This document shows, one piece after another, positions 22,935-36,000 of a DNA stretch of 64,000 nt. Numbering within the stretch: the stretch's first letter is position 1; every line of letters starts with the position of its first letter. Below the pieces are notes generated by a model. That model was not told where the DNA came from, did not search any database, and saw nothing but the letters and a program-made list of their open reading frames with translations. The DNA is from Eledone cirrhosa (taxonomy: Eukaryota): positions 49,786,001 through 49,850,000 of the forward strand of contig OZ024744.1 of the NCBI GenBank assembly GCA_964016885.1. The letters run 5' to 3'. The position numbers and the translations under genes were made by a program.

Positions 22935-24223
22935 GGTGGGGCATAAAAACTGTTACAAAATAAAATGCAAATAGTTCTTGAAAAAACATTTATTTCAAGA
23001 TCTGACTCCAGCAAATAGTAAGTAATATACTATTAAACAACTGCACAAAAATTTGTTCGAAATGCTTTCCTCTAGCTCTCACTACCGCTCGAAGTCTTCT
23101 AGGAAAGTCTTCGATGGCTGCATGAACAGTTTCCATGGATATTTTCTCCCATACTTTATTCAGTTTTGATTTTAGAGTTTCAATATTTTGTCTAGGAGTA
23201 GAGCAGGCTTCACTCTCAAGAATTGACCATAAAAAAAATCGAGAAGGTTGAGATTTGGTAATGTGGGAGACCACTCTTCCTTACTGATCCACGCAGGACA
23301 ATGGTCTCTACACCACTGTTGTGTTACACGAGCAGTATGGCTCGTTGCTCCATTTTGTTGGAGAGTACAAATGTCATCACCATAAACAGATGTGCACCAT
23401 GGCATCAGTGCTCCTTCCAAAATATCCTTTATGTAAAGTTCTTTGTTAATTTTAACTCCTTGGGGCACAAAAATCAGAGGAGACTTCCCTCTTTCAGAAA
23501 TGGCTGCCAAAACCATCACTGATGCTGGTTTCTGTGTTCTGAACACTTTTCCTACACTTGAAGGAATTGATTTGAGACTTTTTGCAAGTACTCCATCATT
23601 TTGATGATTGTGAGACTGCTGCACAGTGAATAACTTCTCATCTGTAAAGATGATGTTTTGCAGCGTACCATCCTTGATACGGTTCAATAACAGTTTACTT
23701 CTGGAGAGCCTCTTTTCAATTGTGGCTGCAGAAAGAAGCTGCCTCTTTTGGAACTTATAGGGTGACATCCCCAGATCATATCCTCCGCATAGTTCTCGGC
23801 GATGTTTCTGCTTCTTCTGCCATTTTTCTCATGGACCTTCTTGGATTACGCCTTATTTTTTCCCTCACACTTTTAACGAGTTTTGGTGTTCTTGAGGTGC
23901 GAGGGTGTCCGGATTGAGGTCTGTCTTTGGTCGATGAAGTTTCCTTAAATCGATCGATTGTCCTTTTCATCAACATTCTATTGATCTTAAGAGTTTTCCC
24001 CAGTTTAAATATCTCGGGTGGAGTCAGGCCTTTTTCATGCTTCTCTATTATGAACTTTCTTTTCAATTCTATGGACATTGCAAATTGTTAATGGCATAAT
24101 GTTCTGAAAAATAGTTAATATGGTTATAGTGCATGGATTTGATACAAATATATTAGTTATATTAGCAACGTAATGTATTTTTAAAATTGATTTAAAACTT
24201 TGTAACAGGAATTATGCCCCACC

Positions 24224-24226
<3 letters not shown>
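22932..24226 (-). mobile_element. Tc1/mariner DD37D (maT-like) DNA transposon, full length, inactivated
   Basis: TIRs CAGGGTGGGGCATAA..TGTTACAAA at both ends, TA target within (TA)n. Transposase pieces 23776-24078 (HTH), 23172-23768 (FTDEK; QQN(D)GA-37 aa-D), 22990-23274. Confidence 0.93.
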
Positions 24227-24254
<28 letters not shown>

Positions 24255-24259
<5 letters not shown>

Positions 24260-24430
24260 AACCATCTGGTTATCGAACCAACCAACCAACCAGGAATTTA
24301 TAATAAATTGAAGTGAAAACCAACAGGTGCATGTGTTTTTATTGGCAACATGACCCTCCCAAAGTATAACAAAATCTGTTTCAAAACACATTTTCAGACA
24401 AGAAATCTTGCAAAACAAATTCAAAAATGA
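24255..24430. repeat. Unclassified dispersed repeat
   Basis: Similar to 28755-28935 (AACCATCTGGTT...TGTGTTTTTATTG...CTGTTTCAA...ATCTTGCAAAACAAAT). Confidence 0.6.
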
Positions 24431-24444
24431 AATATATATATATA

Positions 24445-25417
24445 TAATCATCATCCTCATCATTTATCATCCATCTTCCGTGCTAGCATGGGTTAGACGG
24501 TTTTGTTCCATTTGATACAGAATTGGTCGGGAGACCATATCTCGCTCGTATGGAACTGTTTCCGGCAGGTTTTCCATGCCCTTCCTTACACCAACCACAT
24601 TTATAGTGTGGATTGGGTGCCTTTGGTTGTGTCACCAACACATTGGAGGGAAATGGGAGGATGGGGTAGGGTGTGTGGGGTGTATATTGGGTTAAGAAGT
24701 GCCATGTGTGTGTATGTATGTGTTTAAATATATACATAAATATATATATAAATGTTATTAATAAATCATCATCATCATCATCAACGTTTAACGTCCGTGT
24801 TCCACGCTTGCATGGGTTTGGACGGGGTTTTCCCACTTGAGGCAAGAGTGGTTGTCTTGCTCGCATAGGACTGTCTGGCGGGTTTTCTACGGCTGGATGC
24901 CCTTCCTAACACCAACCACATTTACAGTGTGGGCTGGGAGGTTTTTACCGTGTTGCCTACACGGCCACATTACAGCGTGGACTGTCTGGCAGGTTTTCTA
25001 CAGCTGGATGCCCTTCCTAACACCAACCACATTTACAGTGTGGGGCTGGGAGGTTTTTACCGTGTTGCCTACACGGCCACATTACAGCGTAGACTGTGTG
25101 TTTTTTTGTCGTGCCACCTACAAGATCTCATTTGTTTCGGCCTGGATGTTGTGGCACCAACATAACTTTACATTGAAAGGGGCGGTGTGGATGGGGTGGG
25201 GGTGGTGGGACGGGGGTGTATTTTGTTAGAGATGCCTACTGACTGTAGTAGGTTTTTACTTTGTATTTAGATAAGGCGGGTCTTCTCTATTACTGAGTAC
25301 CGCCAAAGGTCTCGGTCCAGTGACATTGTCTTGGAGAGGTGTAAGTGTGTGAGGTCGGAATTTATCAGCTCGTCCCAGGTTTTTCTGGGTCTGCCTACTC
25401 CGTAGCTACCGTCTATC
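24445..25417 (-). mobile_element. Two adjacent RTE 3'UTR/tail fragments (one with an internal ~113-bp duplication)
   Basis: (CAT)n tails at ~24448 and ~24767; near-identical to 21530-22045. Confidence 0.8.
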
Positions 25418-25444
25418 TGGAAACTATATTTATAAAACCATATT

Positions 25445-25506
25445 TATTTTATTATATATATTTCAAGGGTACCAAAAACTTTGGTACGCTCTCATCAGAT
25501 AAAATA
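25445..25506 (-). ncRNA. Type I hammerhead ribozyme
   Basis: Minus strand: TATTTTAT-CTGATGA-GAGCGTACCAAA gtt TTTGGTACCCTT-GAAA TATATATA-ATAAAATA. Confidence 0.75.
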
Positions 25507-25850
25507 CAAAATTTGTTTTATAAATATTGACATACCCCAGAAACCAGACCTTATCGGTTAAATTAAAATGTGTTGAAGTGGTAGAATACTAATCTAAAAA
25601 TTTAAAATACACATTTTAATTTTTAAATTTACTTTCTTCTTTCTTCTTCCTTTATAAAATATCCTAATAATTATTTAAATTTACATAGCGTCTAAATATA
25701 ACGACTTTTTCAGTTTACACTTCTACTTCATTTACATATCCATCCTAAAGATTTGAAATTTTTTTCTTTTTCCTTTTCCTTTCACTTTCCAAACGGAACC
25801 TGAACCGATAAGGTTTCTGGGGTATGTCACTATTTATAAAACAAATTTTG

Positions 25851-25910
25851 TATTTTATCTGATGAGGGCGTACCAAAGTTTTTGGTACCCTTGAAATATA
25901 TAATAAAATA
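25851..25910 (+). ncRNA. Type I hammerhead ribozyme
   Basis: TATTTTAT-CTGATGA-GGGCGTACCAAA gtt TTTGGTACCCTT-GAAA TAT ATA-ATAAAATA; 8-bp stem I, AUA site, palindromic stem III. Confidence 0.78.
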
Positions 25911-26183
25911 ATAAAATAAATATGGTTTTATAAATATAGTTTCCATTTATATTAATATCATTGATATTATACTCCAGGTAACTTGTTGAGTGCTTCGAAT
26001 CTGTTATAAATAAATTTGTTGAATTACCAACAAATTAAATATCTCTTTGCTTATATATATGTATATATATATAAGAAAATGAGATTTTTTAAATAAAAAC
26101 AATGACATTTCTACATAGGTGAGAGTATAAGGAAAGGAAATCGAAAATGCAACTGGAGTCTTTTTAAGAATATTTATTTATTT

Positions 26184-26219
26184 CTTAACCAGTTTCACAG
26201 TTCTTATGCTTTTCAAAAG
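26184..26219 (-). ncRNA. Second, more decayed copy of the U3-A8 hammerhead family
   Basis: Minus strand: CTT-TTGAAAA-GCAT aagaa CTGT-GAAAC TG GTT-AAG, within repeat 26070-26260. Confidence 0.5.
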
Positions 26220-26619
26220 TAGAATTGATATGGAGGGTTTGTGGTTTTTCTCACATTTGGTTGGTGTTCGAAAGTTCTTTCTGTTTTATGTGGAAAGAGT
26301 GGTCCGAATTGTTGGGTTTTTAAAAAAAAATAATTTGGTTGGTTGATCACTGTCACATGAATAAGTACAATAAATTTCGTGCCAGTTCATGTTCCAAAAT
26401 TCTTATTGTATTTGCCTTTAAAAATATAGCTCAAATTGTTTTTTATAAGTGTAATTTGGTTGGTTGATGACTGTCATGTAAATAAGTACATCAAATTTCG
26501 CACTAGGTCGTGTTTAAGGGTTCTTTATTGCTATTTCCACAATCACATGATTGGCCATATAATATAGATGCCAGAAAAAGGATGGTTTGTCATAGAAAGT
26601 TTTGTGCCAAACAAAAGAT

Positions 26620-26716
26620 AATTGTTTCTACTTTTTGGCACAAGGCCAGCAATTATCCCAGTGTATTACTGGTACTTTATTTTATCGACCCTGTAAGGAT
26701 GAAAGACAAAGTCAAC
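26620..26716 (-). mobile_element. SINE 3' fragment (Meta-like family)
   Basis: Reverse complement of SINE body and tail (GGCACAAGGCCAGCAATT...ATCGACCC...GGATGAAAG). Confidence 0.8.
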
Positions 26717-28580
26717 AAGAAATATGAGAGGGAGAAATAGTTCTGGGTCAGTGACTATGGCAGACTTTTTATTAAAATAAGTTGAATGTTTGTGTTGATA
26801 GTGGTGGCAGAGGCGATAGTGGTGGTAGAGTAGAAAAGAGAAATATATTTTTTTATTTGTGTGCGTGTGTGTGCGTGTGCGTGCGCGTGCGCGTGTGCGT
26901 GTGTGTGTGTGTGTGTGTATGTGTGTGCGCGTGCATGTGTGTGTGTGTAGCAAAGCTCTTTATCGTCTTGATAATAGAAATAAAAATGACTCCATTAGTA
27001 GAAATGGAGAAGGGTGTTCTGTGTGTGTATGTGTGTGGGGAGTATGGTTAGCATATTATGGTGTTAACATATTAATGTATATTAAATTATGTCTAATGCT
27101 GGTCTATATTTTTGAAAAAGTTAACCCCAAACACATGATTTCAAAGTTGTGCTTACCTTATTAGAGGAGAAATGGCTGTCTCAAGTTGGTCCGAGAGGCT
27201 CGTTCGGAAAAAAAAAGTTTAATTAATAGATATTATAAAGGCCTACAATTTCAAAACTATCAAAGATATTGACCTAATATTTGATATTTTTTCCATCATA
27301 TAGGTACAGGAGTTAGTATGAATTTTTTTAGGGGGATCTGAAGGGGATGACCTGGGAAATTTTTCTGAAACTGAGTGATTTGATATGGAATAACCCAAAG
27401 ATTAACATCTTAATAGTGGACCTAGTAAGGGTGATGAAGAACATGTCCGACGTGTGTGATACTGCATGCAGTACTCCAGATACAACCTAAGAGGCAGGAT
27501 CAGAATATACAAAGGAGCAAAGACAAATCTAAACTACATATCCCATGTATGAGAGCAGGTAGTTGAGCAAAATAGAAGATGAGGGTAGATGGGGGCCAAC
27601 TCATAGTGTGACAACAAGAGATGCCAGACAGTGGTGTTTGTTAATGTTGCCCTCAGAAGTGAACTTGCTAGTGGATTTGGAAGGATTTTAGAAGGAATAG
27701 TGCTAGAAATTGAGGCGGTGGCAAGATCAAGAATTTCCATCAAATACCTAATTTGTAAAAGCTTTTGTCTAAACCATGGTAGCATAGAAAAATGGATGTT
27801 AAATGGTGATGATGATGATATCCATTTGATAAGGACCCTATACTGACAGACATTGTATTGTAGAGTTAGAATTGTTGTATATAGCATGGGGTGCACAGAG
27901 GGACAGTATGAAAGCATGACCATCATGTCCATGGAAGAGGCAGGTGATCCTATAGGAGAAAATATAAAGGAGCATTGACAGGAGTTCAAAGTCAGAAGGA
28001 GCTTGTCAATGCTCTACCAACATGTTAGACACAGTGCTTAGACAGAATGGGGAAGTCTCCTGTATGACAGAAGCTAGAAATGCCCTCAATAAAGGGCAGG
28101 AGTTGAATGGCAAAAATCCCACAACCTAGTGACTGATGACAAAAATATTATGACACATAGAAGTAGATGCAGAGAAGCATGCAAGTAGATATGGACCCAT
28201 CCTCTATGGGGGGAAGGAGTGTAATAGAAGCTGTTTAGTGACATGTGAAAGGAAAGTGAGAAAAGGAGAGAAAGTGATATGACACATAAGAGTGAACTCA
28301 TGAATGAACATGGGAAAGTGTGGGGATGTGAACATGTGCACACACACATGGAGGATAACCAGAGATGTAGAGGGACTGGCAAAAGATTTGCCAGAACATA
28401 TGCAAGTACATCACATATGCAGATGGAGATAAAAATACACACACACACACACACAAGGAACTGGGGGAATAAGCAAGCTGTACACACACATACACATGAT
28501 ATACGCACACATGGACACATACACAAATACATGCACATGCCAAAAATGGAAGCTTACAGAAGTGGCAGTGTACAGGCACG

Positions 28581-28633
<53 letters not shown>

Positions 28634-29379
28634 TTACAACAGAAAGAATGGATAAAGTAAATAAAACCAAGTCAAACCAAAAAGGAGAGTCAGAGAAGCA
28701 AAAATAGTCGGAGAAAGTTGAAGAATGTGCGATGAAAGGGCTTTTACAATTAAATAACCATCTGGTTGCAGAACTAGCCATGGAATGGATTAGTTACCTA
28801 ACTAATAATAAAACCTAGGAGGATCTCAGCTGGTGTCTGTGTTTTTATTGACAGCATGATTCTCCCTAAGAATAACAATACCTGTTTCAACACAAGATTT
28901 CAAATCAAGAATCTTGCAAAACAAATATAAAAATTAAGTGGATATATATGTGTGTGTGTGTGTGTGCATGAACACGCATGTCTGTGTGTGTGCATGAACG
29001 CACATGTTTGTTTGTGTGTATGTGCATGCATGTATGTGCATGCATGTATGTGCATGCATGTATGTGCATGCATGTATGTGCATGCATGTATGTGCATGCA
29101 TGTATGTGTATGTAATTATACGACAAGCTTCTGTATATAATTTAAGTGCATCAAATTCTATTCAGAGGGCATTGGTAGACCTGAGGATATAGTATTGTAC
29201 TGCCAGACACCACTCTCTCTCTCTCTCCTCCCAAGGCTATGCCCTCAACCTAACACTTACTCTCCCTTCAAGCTAACCCCTTCCATAAGCTAACAATACA
29301 TTGCCTATACCCTGCTCTTATTCCTCCTCCTACACTCACTATCACTGCCATCTTGGTTGAGGAAACAAGCACCCTCGTG

Positions 29380-29735
29380 TTGAAATGTGGTAGTACTGGT
29401 TCTACAATAATATGCACTACGTCCTTAATAGAAAGTGGAAGTACTAGTGTCGCAATAAAATGCACCCAGCCTGCACTGTAAAGTGGTAATGCTGATGGCA
29501 CTAAAAATGCACCCAGTCCACTCTGTAAAATGATAGCATTGATGTCAAAGAAATTGAATCTGGTACAAGTCATGATGTGGTTGACATTAGGAAGAGCATC
29601 CAACCAAAGAAGCCAAAATGAAATGTACAAACATGACACAGTCATCTGACCTGTCTAGCCTCAGAAGGTAACAACTCATCTAACCATTACAAGCATGAAC
29701 AATGGATGTAAAATGACAATGATGATGATGATAAG
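29380..29735 (+). mobile_element. Old RTE-tailed SINE/3'UTR remnant
   Basis: TTAGGAAGAGCATCCA motif, ends in GATGATGATG. Confidence 0.6.
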
Positions 29736-30269
29736 CACTTTAACCTTTTCATTACCATAATTCTAATACAAGGCACTGTTTCTGGTTTTCAAATCATGTT
29801 GAAAATAACCAAGAATTTTGAGACATTTAGTAATATTCATATTATAACTAACTTTTCATTATTCAGTGAGCGTTCGGAACATAACTTAATGAAGATTCTT
29901 TTCTTACATGAAAATTATGAGGGAAGTTTCTTAGATAAATACAAACACAGCTATGTTTTCAAACATCACAAGATGCCAATATGTTGCTCAGATAATTCAC
30001 ATTTATATATATTTAAGATGGCTGATTGCTCACAAAATCTTAATAGCTCGTTTATTAAGTACTTAAATTAATCGTTATTAAAGATGGCTAAAGTATATAT
30101 ATTATATCTGGCTCTTTGCCAAGACAGCAAGCCATGCATCTATTTTCAAAGGCACCCTGCCAAATATGAAATCATATGTGTGTTGGTGTTTTGGTAAAAG
30201 GCACCCAGTACACTCTGTAAATTGCTAGTGCTGTTGGTAGTGTTGGGGCCATGATAAAATGCACCCAGT

Positions 30270-30775
30270 ACATCATCATCATCAACATCATCATCATCAT
30301 CTAACATTCATTTTCCATGCTGACATGGGTTGGACTGGTCTTTACCAGCACAGCTTCAACCCACCTAATTTATTCCTTCATTATCCCCTCTGTAATGTTC
30401 AGCATTTTGAGATCAGTTCTTACTACTTATGCCTAGATTTTCCATGGTCATCCTCTAACACACCTTCCCTCCACTCGTTGCAATCGTTCATCACCTCCTC
30501 TGTGAGGTTCAGCATTTTGAGATCCATCCTCACCACTTCTGTCCAGCTCTTCCTTCGTTTCCTTCTAATGCAGCTTCCTTGCACTAGGATCTCTTGGCAC
30601 TTTTTCACCCAATGATCATCATAGATATGCATCACATGACTATACTAATGCAGTCTTCTCTCCAGCACACAGCATATGATTCCTCTTATACCCAGTTTCT
30701 TTCTCAGCTCATACATGCTTTATCATTTATGCACATTAATATTGCATATCCACCAGAATATGCTACATTTTTCTA
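30270..30775 (-). mobile_element. Degraded RTE 3' fragment
   Basis: DDHWVKKCQEI...RKSWTEVVRMDLK; (CAT)n tail. Confidence 0.75.
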
Positions 30776-31499
30776 CAGTCTTTGCACTATAATGGTGTTT
30801 GCATTCAAGACATTTTTTTATTGTAGCCATGCACACTGGAAACATAAGGTAAAAATAGACAATTCATTGTCATAAATATTCATTTTTTTTTTTATCTGGT
30901 AACAAGAGTTAGAAGGGTCCTCAGAGACCAAATTAGTACTCAATCGAAACTACTGACCTCTCAAATGGGCCAAGGGCCAGAATCACACCTAAATATGTCC
31001 CTGTACACTACTAAGTTCTCAGAAAGGCTGGAAGCCCACATCTGACATATATTCCCATGCAAATATATTTTATCACAGTACCAGCATTAAGGTGGCTGTC
31101 ATGCCTTTGATACAACTGCAGAGGCCGCCCAGCCTTTGGTTTGGCAGGTTTTCTATGGCTGCATGTTTTTGTATCACCAGCCACTTTGCAGAGTATATTG
31201 GATATTTATAACGTAATTCACCATACCTATAGAGGTTGTCATATCATGTCTTTGACACATCTGAAAAGTCCTTTTGACCCTTTGTTTGGCAGGTTTCTAT
31301 GGCTAGATGCCCTTCCTATCACTAACCACCTTACAGAATGTACTGAGTGCATTTTTCGTAGCAACAGCTCTAAAAAAGTTGTTGTGTCATGACTGAAGAG
31401 CCTCTCAACAATTTTTACACTCTGTAAATATATACGAAAGGCATAAATGTATGAATATATAGGAAAAAAGTTAGATATTTTATTATTGTTGCAATACAG

Positions 31500-31715
31500 A
31501 GGATTGGCAGTAGCAGTAGAGTGTTAGACAACATGTTTTGCAGCATATAGTTACACTTCTTTACATTCTGAGTTCAAATCCCGCTGAGGTTAACTTTGCC
31601 TTTCATCCTTAAAGGGTTAATAAAAAATACCAGTAATGCACTGGGGTCGATTTAATCAACTTTTCCTTTCCCCCAAAATTTGTTGGTTTTTTGCCTAAAT
31701 CAAAAACCATTAATA
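31500..31715 (+). mobile_element. tRNA-derived SINE (Meta-like, long variant)
   Basis: A/B boxes and CTTTGCCTTTCATCC body. Confidence 0.8.
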
Positions 31716-31749
31716 TTATTATTTTTTTTTTTTATAAAAAAATATATTC

Positions 31750-32855
31750 TGCCTAAACAGTGAACAGGTCTGGTCGCCGTTTATCAGACGAGCCTTTCCA
31801 CAGCTCGTTTCTTTGACTGAGCTGCAGTCCTGGGACAAGAAGAGACCGAGACTGGGTGACTGGCACCTGGAATGTTGCCAGGCACTCACTGTCCTCTACC
31901 ACGTGGGCAATGCGATCAGTGGAACTTCCACTCTCGAGTTCTATAGAGGATTAGTGGTGGGCAAGTGTGATAACACACTCAGAGAAGCTTTGGGCCTCGA
32001 CAAAGTCGAACTGACCAGTCTGTACCAGAGGACTTTCGAGCCGGGGACGATGGACAATTTCCAGAAATCCCTCGCTTGGCAGTGCTACCGGGGGCACTGC
32101 CGGTATGGGATAAACTCTACAGGCACGGAAGTGTTGTCAGACGGACCTGCCCAAGATGCGCACAGAGCGACAAAACCGTTCTGCATGCACTTGTCCAATG
32201 TCCGTGCATTACTGACTTGTGGAGTTATGTCGAACAGCTACTGTTGTGTGTGGAACGGATCCGGCTTTCGGCTGAGTCCATAGTAAAGATCGACCCGCCA
32301 CCTTTCTGAGACCAGGAAGAACAGGCAATTTTCCTCTGTCTGGTGGTAGTTGTGAAAGAGGTTATATGGTGGACCAGATTAAAAGGACTAAAGACAGACA
32401 CTTTTCTCTTCGGCCAATCCCTCATCAACTTCTTCAAGTTTCACCTGGAAAGGAAGGTGAGGGTGAGAAGTGCTGCCCCCCAGTACATTTGGTAAAAGGT
32501 GGATGAATGTGGCGAGAATGGCCCGTGTGAATGGGCCTACTCTGACCATATGCCTATATGCTAGCTAACTTGAGGAGAAGGGTGCTCTCCCTGGGTACCC
32601 TAGAAGCGCAGGCTGGTTCAGGATTGGTGGGGTACCTGAATCACCCCTGGGTCGTCCACCCCCTATAGGGGAATTTATTTTGTTATATTTATGCATAGTT
32701 TATTTTATATTTTTTATATCTTCATTGTTAAATTGGTCTTGCCATTGTGCACTTTTATTCGACCTTATTGTAAACCCCCACTGTCCCTGTTTTTGTATTG
32801 TCCCCTACATGTCGGGCCTTGTGGCTAATAAATGAAGCCATTATTATTATTATTA
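31750..32855 (+). mobile_element. Tx1/L1-clade LINE 3' fragment (second subfamily)
   Basis: Homologous to the C-terminus of ORF 1742-4345 (TELQSW, MDNFQKSLAWQCYRG, CPRC..HALVQC); ends GGCCTTGTGGCTAATAAATGAAGCC(ATT)n. Confidence 0.9.
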
Positions 32856-33065
32856 AGGGCGGTGAATTGGCAGTATCGGTAGATGGTCGGACATGATTTC
32901 CAGCATAGTTACGTCCCTTTACGATCTGAGTTCAAATCCCGCCGGGGTTGACTTTGCCTTTCATCCTTACAGGGTCGATAAAGTAAAGTACCAGTAATGT
33001 ACTGGGTAATTGCTGGCCTTGAGCCTAAAGTAGAAACAATTATTATTATTATTATTATTATTATT
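32856..33065 (+). mobile_element. tRNA-derived SINE (Meta-like), full length with (ATT)n tail
   Basis: GGCGGTGAATTGGCAGTATCGG...GAGTTCAAATCCC...GGCCTTGAGCCTAAAGTAGAAACA(ATT)n. Confidence 0.88.
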
Positions 33066-36000
33066 GTTCTTTGAGTCTCAGTCATTGTTGAAATGAATAT
33101 CAAGCCACTACCTGCAGCCTCAGATATTCAGGACGTATCGGAGGGTTCTTGCTGTTCCCAGCAAGCATGCCTTTTGAAGTGTTCTAAAAAGCGGGGCAGG
33201 ACCAATTTTCTTTAACCATCCTTGGAAACTCTTTGAGAGAGTACCTAGTGCGCCTATGACAATCGGGACCACTTTGACTTCATGGCAGTTCCAAATCCTT
33301 TTTACCTCCCACTTTAAGTCCTGGTATCGGTTAATTTTCTCCCTCTCCTTCTCTTGCACTCTCGTGTCGAATGGGCAGGCTACATCCACAATCAGGCACA
33401 ATCTTTTTTCCTTGTCCAAAACCACCAGGTCAGGTCTATTGTGTTCCAGTTTCTTGTCCGTATGTATCCTAAAATCCCACAGCACCTTCACCTGATCGTT
33501 TCCCATCACCGACTCTGGCTTATGCCCATACCACTTCTCAGAATGTGGTAAATTGTTTACTTTGCATAGGTGCCAGTGGATCACCCTGCCCATCACATCA
33601 TGTCTCCAGTCTTTATAGTGAGTCTGGGCTAGGTGTTTACACTCGGATACAATGTGAGCCACAGTCTCCTCTCTCTCTCCACAGATCCTACACAGTGGGC
33701 TAGCCTCCTCCTTGTAAATATGGTGTTTCAGCCACTTCGTTTTGAGGGCCTGCTCTTGCGCAGCCATTCCTTCTGTAGCCTTTTTAAGGTCTCCTCTTTT
33801 CAACCAGTTCCATGTCTGTGGATCTCTAAATTCAGTTTTCTCAAAGAAGGCACTATGAAGGGATTTTTCATGAAGGTTACTCTTTCTCCTTGATGTTATT
33901 TCCTCCTTGGACATCCCCTGGTCTTTTGTCCTCTCCTTCAGTACAGTTCTGAGCATTGGCTCCTTACTATCAGTCACGTATTTGTATAGGTTGTTTTTCT
34001 CCATCTGAACACAGTCCTCTATGCTGATAAGACCTCTTCCACCTTCAGATCTCCTTAAGTAGAGTCTATCGACATCACTCCTCTTGTGGAACATGTTGTA
34101 GATAGTCAATAGCTTCCTAGTCTTCCTATCCATTTCTTTTTGTTCAGCAACATTCCATCTCAGAATTCCCGCACTGTACCTAATAATAGACACAGCTTGG
34201 GAATTTACAGCACTTATGGCATTCCTACTGTTCAGATGTGACTTTAGTACGCTCCTTACTCTCCGAATGTATTCAGATCTTATCAATTCCTTCGTTTTTT
34301 TTTGTTCTTGATGTCATCAGCCTCCAGAACACCTAAATATTTGTATCCCTCTTCAGCATCAATTTCCTTTATCATCTCACCTGTTGGTACCTGGATTCCG
34401 TTGCTTCTGCTCAATTTACCCCTCTTCATCACAAGGACTCCACACTTACTAATACCAAATTGCATACATATATCATTGCTGAAAATACGGACAGTGTCAA
34501 CAAGCACATCCAACTCCTTCTCACTCTTCCCGAAGAGCTTAAGATCGTCCATGAAGAGGAGGTGATTGATGGTAAGCTCTCACTTTCCCAACTTGTATCC
34601 TGCTCTCACTTTTCACAGTATAATGGTCAGGGGGGATCAGGGCAAGGACAAACAACAGAGGGGACAGACTATCTCCCTGGAAGATACCTCTCTTGATCTT
34701 CACGCCTCACAAGGATTCTCCAGCTGATGTAAACTCTGTTTTCCAGGACTTCATACTTTTGCCCAACAACTGTCTGATGTTATCTGCCACCTTGAAGATA
34801 TCTAGGCTTTTGGTGATCCAAGAATGAGGCACCCTGTCAAATGCCTTTTTGAAGTCTATCCATCCCATGGCAAGACCAGTGTGTCTCCTCTTGCAATTCC
34901 TCATTACCATCTTATCAATAAGTAACTGGTCCTTTGTACCACGGGACTTCTTTCGGCATCCTTTCTGTTCGTCCGGTAACAAGTTGTTTGTGTGCAGGTG
35001 ATGGTAGATTTCCTCAGACACAATGCTTGTTAACAGTTTCCACAATTACGGACAGACATGTGATAGGTCTTTAGTTGGTAACATCATTACCCTTGGTTCG
35101 GTCTTTCATTACCAGAACTGTGGTACCTTTTGTCAACCACTCTGGTACCTCACCTGACATCAAGCAGTCATTGAACATGGTTGTCAGTTTCGGGTGGAGG
35201 GATGTTATATTTTTAATCCAATACCCCTGCACACTATCTGGGCCTGGTGATTTCCAGTTGGTTAGTTTTCTGGCCTGCCCCTTAAGAGTTTCAACTGTGA
35301 TACTCAAATCAGGTTGTTGGTGTGCTTGTTCACTAATCTCCTTTTGTACTGTCTCAATCCACACTGCCTGGTCATTATATTCAACACCCTGCTCCCATAT
35401 TCCTCTCCAAAATGTCTTAGTTTGTTCCGCCTCAGGAATCAAGTCGTTGCCTCTTTCTTTCCCTTCAAGCTGTCCAAACAACATCTTCTGGTTGTTGTCA
35501 AACATGCGGTTCTGTCTATACTGACTGACTCTGCTCTCGTATCACCTAATCTTTGTGCTCTTTGCTACAATGCGTTGCTTCAGTTCCTCTATAATAATAT
35601 TTAGCTTTTTCCTCCTAGTTTTGTACTTTATTTCCAGTCTATTTTTAGTGTCTATGTTTTGTAGTGTCCCATTCAGTAAGGACTCAAGCTTTCCAATGTC
35701 ATTTCTCATTTCCCTGATTTGACCATTCAGTCGTTTCTTCCACCAAGGTTCTGATCTTTCTTGTTTGTTGTTTCCTCTCACTTTTATGCCAAGTAATTTC
35801 CTCACCGCATTTGCTGTTGCTTTGAGGATATTGTTGCACTGGTGAAGGTTCCTCACCTCAAGGTATGGGATGACTTTTTTATCTTAGCTGTTGTTTCTTT
35901 TAACTTTTTCCTGTCTACAAATCTTAGGTTCATAGGTTTCCCACTATCATTGTTCATTTCATCTACCACTAAGTTTAGGATATCAATTAAATCTTGTCCT

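Larger units (their letters stand above)
25418..25945. mobile_element. ~530-bp element with ~140-bp terminal inverted repeats, each containing a hammerhead
   Basis: Arms 25418-25559 and 25803-25945 are reverse complements (TGGAAACTATATTT...AAATATAGTTTCCA). Confidence 0.85.

Noticed and set aside
27130-27400. Possible DNA-transposon end (GGGTTATTCCATATCAAATC on minus strand)
   Set aside because: Only one terminus seen; no partner TIR or coding evidence in the window.
29740-29990. TTAA-CC..-starting piggyBac-like MITE ends (also ~41990-42068 inverted)
   Set aside because: Too degraded and 12 kb apart; cannot define an element or TSD pair.
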